Below are positions 1 to 12,277 of a stretch of DNA of 64,000 bases, piece by piece. Below the pieces are notes generated by a model. The model searched no databases and was not told where the DNA came from. It saw only the letters and a program-made list of their open reading frames with translations. Made by a program: the position numbers and the translations under genes. Positions within the stretch are counted from its first letter, which is position 1. Each line of letters opens with the position of its first letter. Location: positions 1 to 64,000 of the forward strand of contig BCIN01000001.1 of NCBI GenBank assembly GCA_039545335.1, read 5' to 3'. This DNA comes from Kondoa subrosea. Taxonomy: Eukaryota.

Positions 1-40
1 TAACTCTTCATAACTCTCGCTAACTCTCGCTAACTCTTCA
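1..40. repeat. Four tandem 10-bp units (TAACTCTTCA, TAACTCTCGC, TAACTCTCGC, TAACTCTTCA); candidate telomeric or satellite repeat
   Basis: Directly visible at the window start. The C-rich strand is on +, as expected for a left chromosome end. The array abuts and terminates the recombinase reading frame. Confidence 0.6.
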
Positions 41-1457
41 AAGCCTTGGCGGCTTCTCAGGCCCTCTGTCCCATCGCATAAAAGCATACAGCGCCCAAGC
101 ACCTTGACCACAAAGTTGCACCTCTCTATGCCGATAGTAAGCAATGAAATCCCTGCGCCCGTTCTGTAAAATGTTTTTGAGCATGAATAGTGTGCTCAAA
201 AATATCACTGACCTGATTGGTCTTGGATCTATCATTTTCATCTACGAACGCGCAGCAGAATGAAGGACCTTCTGTATCTTTACAGATTGCGTAAGAGAGA
301 TCTGCTAGTTGAAGCATCCTTCGATTGTCGCCTCTTGAGCCAGTCTGAGAGGCCGAAAGGTGTTCCCATCGGTTTCTGTGCAGCTAAGATCAATTTCACT
401 TTCAAGCTCAGAGTGATATTCCCACCTCAGACTTGCTTCTAGATATGTAGATTTGAGTAGCCAGTAATTGGCTCCAGCTAGTATACCTTCTGAACCATCT
501 TGATCTTCGAAACCGCCTATACCCCGATCGTAAAAAATGCTGAGAGCTTACAAGTCAGATGACCGTTGATTACACAAGCAAAGCACATGCGAACGCACGA
601 TCTGCGATACTCTCTAGCTTTCTGTTTGATCGCCTTTTCTAGGTTGGAGACCATTTTCGTTCGAGGGTGTATGAATATGGTAGACATCGGTTTGGATGCA
701 TGCTGTTGATGAGCTAAATCGACGATGGCTGCAATAGCTCTCTTGACAATCGGCTGTAATGGCGCGCGAGATCGTCAGATGGACATTCGGTAGATTGAGA
801 TTGACAAAAGACTTACAGGCGTTAGATCTCCAACTCTGACCCTCTGCTTACCACGGCCAGCAGTTTTACCTCTTTCTGCTAAGCCCGTCTCCATATACAG
901 AGCGAGCTTGTCCAAATGCGGGTCTGTTGCATGATCGTTTTTGAAGTTCAGTTGAGACCACTCCTGACAAACGCACACGCAGTTGAGCAGCGCAGCATCT
1001 CGTACTATCAAAGACTCACGCAGAATATCTTCTGCGCTGTTTTATAGCCTCTTGAGGTGTTCTTGGGTCTGTTGCTGATCCGCTGCCGCATTGCGCTTTC
1101 ACTGAGTTCCTTATGAATTTTTTGCTTCTTCACTGCCAGACCTGCTTCTTCTTCCTCATCATCATCTACATCTTCGTCGTCCGAGAGATCTTCATCCTCC
1201 CTTTGTTCTGCTCGCTCATTAATTTCCAAATCCAGTGCATCTGCTTCTTCGAGTGCTTCTTCGAGGCTTTCATCGATGGCAGGCAAAGCTGAAGGCTTCT
1301 CCTGTTTATACTTGTTCAAGAAAGATCCAGATTGTAGATCAAGTTTGCGGAATCTTGTAACATTAGTAACAGTTCCGCTGGAGGAAGATGCAGCCGCAGA
1401 TTGAGCATCGAGCAGAGGAGAGCGAGACGGAGAAGGTGCATTAGACGATGAAGACAT
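38..1457 (-). mobile_element. Crypton-type (Ndc10-like) tyrosine recombinase gene, intron-containing, 3'-truncated
   Basis: The spliced translation contains RPKNTSRGYKTAQK..EW, AIAAIVDL, SRGDNRRMLQLADL (catalytic-Arg region) and SKTNQ|NGRRDFIAYYRHREVQLCGQGAWALYAFMRW. These match the Crypton/Ndc10 KTNQxG..RH..C..ALA.Y.F.RW pattern. The HxxR..Y catalytic end is absent. Confidence 0.75.
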
Positions 1458-1529
1458 TTTCTCGATCTTGCGTTTTCGGGTCCCGGCATTCTTGCAAGGC
1501 TGCAATACGAATGAGTAAATCGTAATGCC

Positions 1530-2885
1530 TTAAGCGCACTGATCACTCACAAGTTCAGCTTTCAATTTATCCTTCATCGTCTTTACAGCAGGATAGTCTA
1601 AGGTATGAAAGGCGAGAGTATAAAGGGCTTTTAAATCATCTTGTCTGAGCTTCTGGATTTCGGTCTTAGAATAGGTAGAAAGGGTTCTGCAGGTATTGAG
1701 TGCAGAAGAATCATGACACAGCTCAGATTGCTGCTCAGATTGTGCTTGTAAGGAATCGTCTGGAAGGAGTATAGGTTGAGCGGCAGATGAAGTAGATGCA
1801 GATGAAGTAGATGAAGTAGTTGAAGTAGTTGAAGTAATTGAGAGGGGTTTAAGTAAAGGCGGAGTATTGGGAGCAGCAACGGAAGAAGAAGAAGAAGGCT
1901 GGATTTCTCGTAGCAGTAGCTTCGGCAGTGGAGTCACAGCAGGTGCAGAAGTGTCGGGAAGATTGTTTTGTGCAATGGCTTTTGTCGAATTGCCCAAGAT
2001 TGAGTGTATCGTACTAGCATGATTGCTGGTTGAAAACCGAGGTCTTTCTTGGGCTAGAGATAGAGTTTTGACCAGGGAGCAACAACCTTGATTTAAGAAG
2101 GAAGCTATTTTGATGTAGAGTGGTGTTTTGATTGATTCACTGTCGATACATAGTTGCAGAACATCAAGAGCAAGACATATGAGAGCCGACAAAGAAGAAT
2201 AGCAGGTTGTATTCGGAGGTGCAGCAATGTAGTCTGGAAAAGCTGGGAGAGACTGTCTTGTTGGTGATCGAACGTGTATCAGATCGGTCACGCGTTTAGC
2301 CAAGGCATCAACCCAGCCTCTGAGAGGATCCAGATGTACAGCTTTATGCTGTTTAGCGGCTCAGATTGCGATTCCTCAAGTGCGGAGGAGCGACTTACCT
2401 GAGGCAAATCAATCCGCTGAGATCGCATTATGACCGCCAGTGCGTCCCACGCATCACTCGCATCATCCGACCACCATTTTAGCCCATCAGCTGTTGTGAC
2501 CAGTTCGTCTGGTAATGCCCTATTCCATCATTAAGGCATTGTCGAAGAAGCTTGGGTGTAAAGAATACCTAGCTAAATGAAGTATCGTGGAGCTGAAACT
2601 CATCCAGCCTGCTGCTGCAATCATAAGAGAGTAACGCTTTCCCCTGCACTGCTCGAGACGAAGCAGGTGCGATCGCCGCCAAAGTGGAATGATGGGAATA
2701 CATCCAATTAAAGGTATAGCAGTAGGCTATGACAGTCTGTTATGCCTAACAGCTGATTGCAGATCAATGCGGCGATTAGAGGACGTGTATTCGGGTATAG
2801 CACACTGGATACGAGAATCGAATAGAATCGAACAGAGATAGAAGAGCTTTGACTCGCTGCTCCGTGCTCAAATGGGTCTCAGCGC
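1530..2885 (-). CDS. Hypothetical spliced protein directly upstream of the Crypton recombinase (possible element-borne gene); 5' end uncertain
   Basis: The 257-aa terminal ORF extends upstream in frame through three GT-AG introns (..STEQRVKALLSLFDSIRFSYP|PTAIPLIG..LHLA|RALPDELV..DLPQ|HKAVHLDPLRGW..). It has a Ser/Thr-rich linker and a C-terminal helical segment (EIQKLRQDDLKALY..MKDKLKAEL). Confidence 0.5.
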
Positions 2886-3804
2886 AGAGCTAGGCAGCCG
2901 TTGCAGGCAGACGCGCGAGAGCGGTTTGGCAAAATCATAACATTGAAAACTGTTCGTGGTAAACTCCAGCTCAACGGAACACGAAATTCGATCTCTCAAA
3001 ACAAGGCTGCGAAATTTCGGCGATCTTTTTTGGGCCTGAGCGGGACTCTTGATATTTCGCGGTTTAGGCATCCTCGTAGCAAGTAGATTGCCTGTCTTAG
3101 CGTTTTGTGGAAATGCCAATCCATTATCGGGCCACTGTATTTGATCACATGCACACATATATGCCGGCAGGCAGCAGCAAGTCAAGATTCGTAAGACCTC
3201 ATCTAGCTTAGGTCCTCCCTGAAAGATAACTAGGAAATCTAGAGGCCGTTCCTGATTCCACTTGACAAAACTGAAGGCAAAACATAAGAAAGAGAGCAGA
3301 AAAAGAGGTATCATGATAGGCAGTAAAGATAATAGATTAATGTATATGGGTTTGTAGGTATTACCTCTGTCTCCCGTGAGGTCGACATAGACCTTCCCTA
3401 AGACAAATGGCGACCTCATATAGAGGCCTTGCCTATGTCTGCTTTGTGTGTTGTGCATAAAGGGCGGGTTTCTCACTATTATGAGCTCTACCCGCAGGTT
3501 GATGGTTGATCCCCGAATGCTTTCTGCCTCCCCTCTTGTTCTTGATTACCACCTTCTTCTCGACAGCCTTGTCAACCTTTCCTATTGCCAACTTCTTTTT
3601 ACTGGAGCTGCTGGGCATGGTATAAAGAAGCTGTGGTATCGTTTGAGAGAAAACAACAATGCAATTTTCCGCGTTCTGACCGCGCAAGGACTTCTCAATT
3701 TGCTCAAGTACTGTCTATCCGGAAGGGGATCGAGAGCCCGAACTGTTGTTATTTTTTTGTTCTTTCCTTTCCTTCTGCTTTTATTTCCATACTACTGTAT
3801 CGCT

Positions 3805-4001
3805 GCTCTTTCTCAATTCTCTCGCTCTTTCTCAATTCTCTCATGTACCTTCTGCTCTGATGTTACATGGCCCGGACGCTCTTCATTGCTGGACTTCGGT
3901 CCTCTGCAGCCTTGAGTTTGTCGGATCGTGACTGCCACAATGTTTCGAAATGCTCTTCATTGCTGGACTAGTTCCTTTGCAGCTTTGAGTTTGTCGAATC
4001 G
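3805..4001. repeat. Local direct repeats: 19-bp perfect tandem pair (3805-3842) and ~51-bp imperfect pair (3878-3928 / 3952-4001)
   Basis: GCTCTTTCTCAATTCTCTC x2, and GCTCTTCATTGCTGGACT...GCAGC(C/T)TTGAGTTTGTCG(G/A)ATCG x2. Confidence 0.8.
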
Positions 4002-4832
4002 CGGTAGAGCAAGGGAAATAATAGAGATGATAGAGGCGAGAGAATAAGGATCGTTCATTGCAAAGTAAGTATCACCAGTCGTAGCAGAGAGCTACCTTAA
4101 TTGATTCTTTTATCGTTAGATCCAAGTGATGAAGTCTGATTGTTTTGTCTTCTCTGTATCAACCCGTGCTCTTCTGTTATAATCTATCGATATTCTTTTT
4201 GAAAAGAAGCTGTTGATCTTTCGTCATACCCAGAGAGATTGTGGGACATACCGACCCGTTTGCTTGCGGCTGATGCTCTGCTGGGAAGATCAAGCTATTT
4301 CCTTCCATGCTTCAACTCCGACAGCTCTGGCGCAAGTTGTTCAACAGATTCATTCGCCGATTGGCAACCTGCGAAGCGTTTTGTCAGACTTGCTGGTGCC
4401 GATCAACTCTGTCAAAAGGTCCAGCACTCACGCGAACGATCCCATTGAATTTTGCATTGATCATCACCGTATCGGTGTGACGTTGCATCAATCTACTGAT
4501 CACAGGCTGGTGCTTGATTCTGCAATGGATTCAAGAAGAAAGAACTTCGACTATTGGTGCTCTAGAACCATATGAAGTACTACAATCTGGTACGAGAAGC
4601 GACGTAGGCCCGCTAAGAACATCATAGCCAGTGTCGCAGGTCAGGATCAGGTCCAGAGCGGCAGATTGGGCTATAGATTTGGATTGAAGTAGCCTGATGT
4701 TGCTTCGATGGTCTCGAGATCCATGCAGAGGTAGGTATGAGGAGCACCAGATGACAGCAGTTGATCAACGACTGTGCTGAGGAAAGTCTTGTAGCTTGAA
4801 GCCAGTGAGCAGGTTGTCGAAACACGATGATC

Positions 4833-5901
4833 ATGAGCCGGTTATATCGACCAGCTCTATCTTGCCAGAGATGCAGCAGCTTCCGATATCTGACTACTGA
4901 AGTACCAGAGGCATTGATAGGTTCACGGGAAGGACAGCTCAAAAACGGCAACAGTATGAAGAGAAGTATGGGCAGGCGCTCGAGGCTGCAGCAAAGGCGT
5001 GAGCGAATCGATATTTGTCTTCAGTTCTTGTTCATCTGGATGCCAGGAAAGGAGTAGACTTGCAGACGTTGAAGGACAAGGCTCGTCAAGCTGAAAAAGT
5101 GAAGCCAATCAAGCCATTCAGCTCGGCTCCCAATCTAGCAAGCAATTCATCTCTGCAACAGATACCTTCTGCTGTTGTAGCTCCTTCATTGCCGAGCGCG
5201 ATCGATCAAGCGAAGAGCAAGAGCGGCATCAAGGTCAGTAGTCCGCTCCTCTACTTCAGCGAGCTCAAGGCATCTATAGCCTCTGTCGGACATCATGGAC
5301 CCTACAAGAGCTTCTCACAAGGCATCCTGCACCTTCCGCTGAGGAGATTTCCGCCCTTTGGAAAGCTTATCATGCTTCAGCCAAATCAACAACGAAACTA
5401 GGCGCTGTCATCCCGGTCGAAACCTATAAGCGAATGGCTGCAATAGCTCGCGAGAATCTGCGCTTCATTATTCCTCTGCCTCGAGAAACATCTGACGGAA
5501 CTACTGGAGCGGAAAACATCTTTCTTGAATGGGCCTTCGTTCCTTCTTCTTCAACCATGCCAGTAGGCACACCAGAAACAACTACTGTGCTCTTCACTTC
5601 TTTGGCCTCGTACAAGAGCCATGGGACTTTTGCTCAGCCAGCCCTCATTCTAACACATTACACGGATCTTGCCATTTCGCATGGTATCGTTCTGCTTCGT
5701 GGTGAAATCACAGTAAGAAATTCAGGATCTGGACAGCTTATCTCTCAAACCGATGTTCAGCTTCTACGTATGCGTCTGCAGCGGTTTTATGCTGAGAAGA
5801 ACGAAGACTCGAAAGAAAGAAGGCTGCTGGCAGACTTACAAGGCAAGACAGGCAGGGAATTCAAGTATGAAGATCTGCTTGAGATGACGTGGCAGTTATG
5901 A
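4833..5901 (+). pseudogene. ATP11: ATP11 (mitochondrial F1-ATPase assembly chaperone) with two apparent frameshifts
   Basis: Presequence MSRLYRPALSCQRCSSFRYL. Motifs YEEKY, PLSDIMD(L)QEL, ISALWKAYH, FIIPLPR, TVLFTSLASYK, LTHYTDLA..GIVLLRGEI, LQRFY. The frame breaks at the A-run 4941-4945 and the C-run 5300-5302. Confidence 0.75.
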
Positions 5902-6194
5902 CCTCGAAACTTGAGCTTGGCATTGGGACTCAATACAGTCATACTGATAGGTTACACCTCAATCTTGGATCTGCAGCGCTCCTTCCTACATCCTGAAACC
6001 TTCGCTAGCAGATGTGCTTCACCCTTTCTCTGTCGCGTAAAATGTGACTGCACTTCGGTCTATTAGGAGTCTTAGCGGAGTGCCACAGCCAGCGCCATCA
6101 AGAGTAAAGGCTGAAACATATCACACAATCAGTGTGCGTATCATAATCAAGACAGAACCAAATCATGCAATGAACAGAACTAGACAACTTTGTA

Positions 6195-8639
6195 CTACAT
6201 GTTTGCTACAAAATAAACACCTTCGTCTGCCGTAGATCGTTTCCTGCTAGGAATCCTTGCTTCAGTCTCTTCAGCGCTCTCATTTCCCAAATCGGAAAGT
6301 CTTAGCTTGCTAGCCGACCGCGATATTGATTCAATGCCCCGCCGAGCAAAGTCCATAAAACCGCCTGCCAAGCCAGTCTTGTCATCCTCCTCTTTAGGCT
6401 TCTTCAATAGATGAAGTGCATCCATGCTTTTGCCGCGAGTAATCGCATTGCCGGAAGACGGGGAACCGCTGTGACTCGACGAGGTTCCGTGCGGACTTGC
6501 CTTGCGTTGAACGGATCTTCCTCGCTCCGGCTCTTCTACGATAGTCAATGATAGACCTTGAGGGCTTGTTTTGTCGTTAGACGCTTGATTGCCAACTTCC
6601 AGAGCAGACCGTACGATTGCGAATGCTCTTCTGTCCGATACTCTGATCTCGATACGAGAAGGCGATAGCGATTCCGCTGACAGCTGCCTTCGTTTCTTGC
6701 GTTTGACATGTAATCCAGTATCACTCATCCGCATAGATATGCTCAGCCAGAACTCCAGACATTGCAATTTGTTATCTCGTATTTCGGTCGAAATCTTAAC
6801 CGATTTGCTGCTTTGGGGCGGCATTGACATAGGTCGATTGCCCGCTGTATATGCTCTAGATAGTACTGGGCGTTTGATTTGTGCTGGCGCATTGGCTATG
6901 GTCGCGACGCAGTGCAGATAGATGGGTCGAGCGCATGTGGGTTGGAAAGCCGAGTCGAAAGGATTGTTATTGGAAGCTGAAGCGATAGTAGGAGTGACGG
7001 CGACGGAAAAAGACGCGCTGCTTTGAGAATCGGGCAGGACGTGGTATAAGATGCCTTTGCAACGCAATGCATATTTGATGAAAGAAACGATTCTTGTAGC
7101 TGGATGACTTTCTGGGTTGGTGAGTGTCAAAGACAGCGGTAGTCTACCATCCATTGATGAATTGCGACTGAGAGGTGAGCGAAATGTTGAGTTTGTTCGC
7201 CTCGATGCCGGCCGTTCAGGCTCCTTGAAGGCGATAGTAGGTGATTCAGGTGAGTCTGGCGCACGAAGAGGAAGATAAAGTGAGTGTTTTGGCAATGTAG
7301 GCACAAAGGTCGTGCTCTTGAACTCGCGGGGAGAATTGGAGGAGGGGGACGAAGACTGTACGATTGCGTCGGGTATATCAAAGGTCTTGAACGCTTCCAT
7401 TCTCTTTAGACCGTCCATATCGAGCATCGCTGCTATCTCACTTCGCATATTGGGGGAAGAAACGCCGAGTAGTGCATCAGACACTTTTTCCGACAGATGA
7501 TTGAGAGAGGAGTGGGATGTGCCGAGAGGACACCGAACACCGATCAGACATCGTAACATAGTCACTCCAATGCACCAGATATCGATTTCCGGGCCCTAAA
7601 ACCGGCGTCAGAATAACTAAGAAATAGATCGCAAGGACCTACCCAATAGCGAACACTTCCTGGAGGACTCTTCAGGCTGAGCCAAAGTTCAGGAGCGTGA
7701 AAGGCAGGACTTCCACAGCAAGTGGTCAGCCGCGGCTCCCTTTCGCTGAAATGCGTCGCCAATCCAAAGTCGAGGATGAGAATGTGAAGGGTATCAGGAT
7801 GGACAAGGATATTTTCAGGCTTGATATCACGGTGTGCTATGAATATCGGACGATGAAGAGCAGACTTGACGACGTCGACCAGTTGATGAAGAATAATGAA
7901 GCCCTGCTCTTCTCCGAGACGGCCACCGGGGCAGCGATCGACAACATAGTCTTCCAGATTGATGTAACCAGGGAAGTACTCTTCAACCAGATAGAAGTGA
8001 CCAGGTGTGCGAATCATTTCGGAAACTTGGATGAGATTGCGATGAACGGGTAGCTGAGCCAGAATAGTCGGCTCTCTCAATAAACGAGTAGCGATAAGAG
8101 GATGGTGATTGTATAGTGGTGTGTGCTTTATCGCAACCTGCAATACCGCGTTCAAGCAAGCCCTCAAAAGAGTAGAGTACAAACTTACTTCACGCCCCCC
8201 TTTGCGAGCTATCCATACTGCCGAGAATTTGCCCTTCCCTAGCATGCCACCCTCATCTTCTGGAACAAATGTGTAATCCGCTATGCCAAGAGGCAACAGC
8301 AATTCATCTGCACTGTCCAAGGCCTTGATCTCTCCCTCAACCTTAGCGTGCAAGGGAGACATCAGCACTTGTGTCCTTCACGCAAAGATCAAGGCAACGG
8401 ACCTGAAAGCGGATAGCGAGCTCTGGTTCTATCTCTTGCAGAGATTCATGAACGCTGTCTTGAGGCGAACCCACTTCATCTCGACTAGGCGCCCTACTTG
8501 AATGTCTGGACAACACAGCAGTCAAGGCATCGGTGTTGGTCAAGGACGCCTTAGCCAGGGTGCTCTTGTTCCGAATGACGGGCGCATTTGGCGAACTTGC
8601 TCTTTGCACGACTGCAGGCCGAGAGGAAGCTCTGCTCAT
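6195..8639 (-). CDS. Ser/Thr protein kinase (CAMK-like group) with a long low-complexity C-terminus
   Basis: LGKGKFSAV, VAIK, HRDIKPEN, DFG, CGSPAFHAPE and GPEIDIWCIG across 3 introns. Confidence 0.9.
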
Positions 8640-8894
8640 AGACCACTATGATAGATCAAGTCTGAGCTTGTGCACCATGCCTTTGCGAAGCCAGAGATAG
8701 GGCCGGCTGTCGCGAGACAAAGTCGAAGATAACGATCACTTGTTTGTGCGGGTGAACCGGTCTATAAACGTTCGAGAGTCGTTCGAGGCGTTCTTTGATA
8801 TACAGGTATCTCTATGATCTAGGCATGCTCGTCTAGGGTCTTCTTACAACACAGCAAATGCATCAATATCCGTTAGCGCAAACGATGGGCCGCT

Positions 8895-11800
8895 TCATTC
8901 TTCTACCCAAGATATTATTTCACCATACTGTAAAAGTTTCAGCAGTCTTTCCAATGCAGTAGCTGCGATGCTTACCATGTTTGGCCTTTCTCCTCGTACA
9001 TAGGCCTCAAACGTTCTTTTCAGAACGGTAGCCCAACTCAGGTCCTTGTTATCGTCTTCTATCGCGTCGTGATCTAGATCTATTGGTATTTCTCTTTCAT
9101 TCTTAGCTTTTTGGGTTGCTTTGAGGCCGGCAGTCGAAGAAGATGAAGCCAAATCTGCAGCTGCTTGAGCTTTTGCCTTGATGCGAGCCTTCATCTCCCC
9201 AGCCGCGAATCTAGATCCTAGATCTGGCCAATTACGTGCTGGATCGAAAGGTATCCACCTGTCAACCAGCGAGAGTCAGTTTTGTTATGGAATGGGCATT
9301 GTACACCTACCAGAAGTTGTGGACTAGACCACTTGCGAATTAGAGATAACGCGTCTGAGGATAAGCATAACATACAATGATAACTAAAGGCGCCTTTGAA
9401 GAAGCCATCAAATCCAACAGCGAGAGGTGCGGCGTTTGCTTCCTTAGGGGGATCGAAAAAGTCTGCCAATGGGTAGTTTAGTACCGTTCAAGCTACAAAG
9501 AGCAAAGCTCACCTTCAAAGCGTCGCATATAAGGGAAAGGTGGACGATCGCGCTGCCTTAATGTCAGCCGTGTTCACGAATTGACAAGCGTATTACATAC
9601 TTGGTAATATTCGGTACTGTGTATATCTTCTCAGCGAGGCATCAATGAGAAACATAGTACATACTTTAGCCAAGCAGGGTCAAACAACGCATCTGGTAGG
9701 CGGAGCAGTAGACCTTCCACGTTTGCATCTTTGGTATATCGGGATATAGTCATAGGGTGAAAGTCTAGACCATTAGCCAATGCTGTCTTGAATAAAAAGC
9801 TGCCAAGGGCGGAATTACGATGAAGCTTCAAAACGGCTGTGTTGTATTTCTCTAGTCGACTCCAGCGGTAGGCGAAAGCCCCATGGTATCCCCAAATCTC
9901 CTCCCAGTCACGAAGCAGCAGAGTGTCGGCATCCAAATACACCCCTCCGAAGCGATGACATAACACAAAGCGAGCCATATCAGAAAGGACGACAGTAAGT
10001 CGATCGTAACCTTGACTAGAGGTAGAGCCAATACGATCAAACAACTCGTCAGCATCGTCCTTTTCCGAGTTTGCTGTTGGTGATGCTGCAGCCTGATCTC
10101 CAACCACGGTAGTATTGGCTAGTTCTTGATCCGCCAGAGTAGATGTAGGCAGAGTAGACCGATCTTTGGCAACAGCTTCTTCTCCAGCATTGACATCCCC
10201 GAAGCGACCATACTCTTCGTCTATTCGCAATTGAGCGCGTTTGTCAGCTGGCATTTCTTCCACTTCAGCGGTTTCGACATCAACACCTGTCACACTTTCG
10301 ACCACTAGCGCAGCTTCGTCTTCAGCCGCAGAAGCAGCTTGAGGTGCGCTACCAAACTTTACGCCTCCACTGTTGAAGAGGGGAAGCTCTCTCCAGGAAT
10401 CCCGAAGTTCAGGTACGCCATCCAACTGTTCTGTTGTATTCCAAAGCTTGAATTTGACTACTTCCGTGAAACGAGGATGGAGGAAAGGCGCAGACCAGGG
10501 ATTTGCCTTTAGTTGAGAGTACATGTGTGCTTCAGCTTTTGGATTCGGTATAGAAGCTGCTGGGCCAGGATTAATCCAGCTGTCACAAATGACAAATTTC
10601 AGTTCACATATGTGACACAGACCTCGATACTTACATCCACATCTGCGGCCGACAAATATTGGATAAGAATTCTTCTCTAGGTGATTCGTGGGCATCGAGC
10701 GTTCTTGTAAAATCATGCGGATTGAGAGGAACGTCGAGATGTAAACCTAGATTTTGTGTATAGAGGAAAGAGAGAACTGCCAAATAGGGTTTGTCGGTGA
10801 ACGGCCCAGCCCAGAAGATGTGGAAAATTCGAGGATAATCAGGGTCGCAAGTCGGATCGGCGTCTGGATGAGTTGAATGGGGTAAACGATGTGCGCCAGA
10901 ACCCACGCGATTGATTCTCTCTTTGACATCCAGCGGAGAGGGGCCAATGCTGCGCCGCAGAGGGACTTGTTGCAGCAATAGTGCTTCCTTGCCAGAATTC
11001 AGTGAAGAAGCAATATATCCCAGGCTGGACATGACATCTTGAGAGTCGCTCTGGGTAAAAGAAGACTGTTTACGAGTGATCGAAAGCTGCGGCTCAGATT
11101 CTCCATCTTCAATAAACAGATGTCGCCAGTTTTCGGCATCACCTCTGCGAACTCGGGTAGTCCGATCGAGCTTGGCTCCAACCCTTAACATTTCCAGACA
11201 ATCCCGCACGTAGCGATCCAAAGAGAAATCACAGTGCTCCATAACAATATCCATATCTATTGCTGATCGTGGTATTGGGCGAGGAGGAAATACAGAGTAA
11301 GGTTGCGAGGAGGTATCTGCTATGTTAAGGTATATTCTTGAAGGACCGACTGCTGGTATAGTATTTCTTGATTCATTGAATTGTCCTGTTTGTGTTGTAT
11401 TGGTACTAAGATGGTATGTGATAGGCGGTAGATCGTGAGGCAATCCAGGGTTACTCAAGGGGCCCAGAAGTTCTGGCTGGAGCGAGACGGTCGGAGATAT
11501 AGGTCTGCGAGAAGGATAGCGACCTGAGAGCATCTCGAAAGCCCATAAACGATTGATATGAAAAGGCTCCATGACCAATGTTGATGGCTCTTCGTTGGAT
11601 TCTTGTCGCTTGGAATTAGAGGAGCGTATTTTGATGATTACAAGAATGAGAGACAGCAGAGAGATGAAAGAAATAAGCCATCGCTTGCGGCCATTCGTTG
11701 TGTGATTGCTTGAGAATGGAAAGTGCCCAGATCTTCCACTAGTGGTAGACAGCCTTCGCCTAGCTTGTGCTGTTGGAGACAGCGACAAAGCATTCGCTAG

Positions 11801-12061
11801 GACGGTAGGGACAGGCAAGTGAATTCGTCGTCTTGAGAGCGGCACATTGAAGGGGATAGATTGGAATAGAGGTGAGCGTTTGTCCGTCACCGCCTGACCC
11901 GCTCTGGTGCTTGAAGAGGTATACGACTGCTTTTCGTAGCCAGTAGACTTGCTTTCGTTGGCCAATGCATAAAGTGATGCAGCTCCTCCAGCTTGAGCTT
12001 GGCCTGGTCCTGTCGAAGACTGCCTGCGTCTAGATGGTCTTCCAGTATTGGACGGGGCCAT
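8895..12061 (-). CDS. Type II membrane glycosyltransferase, GT32 (DXD) family
   Basis: N-terminal TM (WLISFISLLSLILVIIKI), IFHIFWAGPF, LSDMARFVLCHRFGGVYLDAD, YNTAVLKL, and C-terminal SYH|FHNFW|WIPFDPARNWPDLG. Multiple introns. Confidence 0.85.
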
Positions 12062-12277
12062 TCCATTTGCTAAGCAGCTTGTCCAGTCAAAGGTAGCGCT
12101 TGTATAGAAATAAGATGCTAAGCGAAAATTTGTTGATTACGCTCGAGATTAATGATAATGCAATAACTTGTATAGATGCAGTGATACATGTGTAAAGACT
12201 ATGGATACAACATCAGAGACAGGAGACACGGCCCATGGACACATGATAGGAAATTCTTGAGACCTTGACGATACCGC

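Noticed and set aside
1..40. CRISPR-like array
   Set aside because: The 10-bp units are contiguous with no spacers, in intron-rich eukaryotic DNA.
2868..3915. ORFs 2868-3476(-), 3448-3915(+) and 3585-3860(+) as genes
   Set aside because: Low-complexity overlapping frames in degenerate repeat-containing DNA, with no recognisable motifs.
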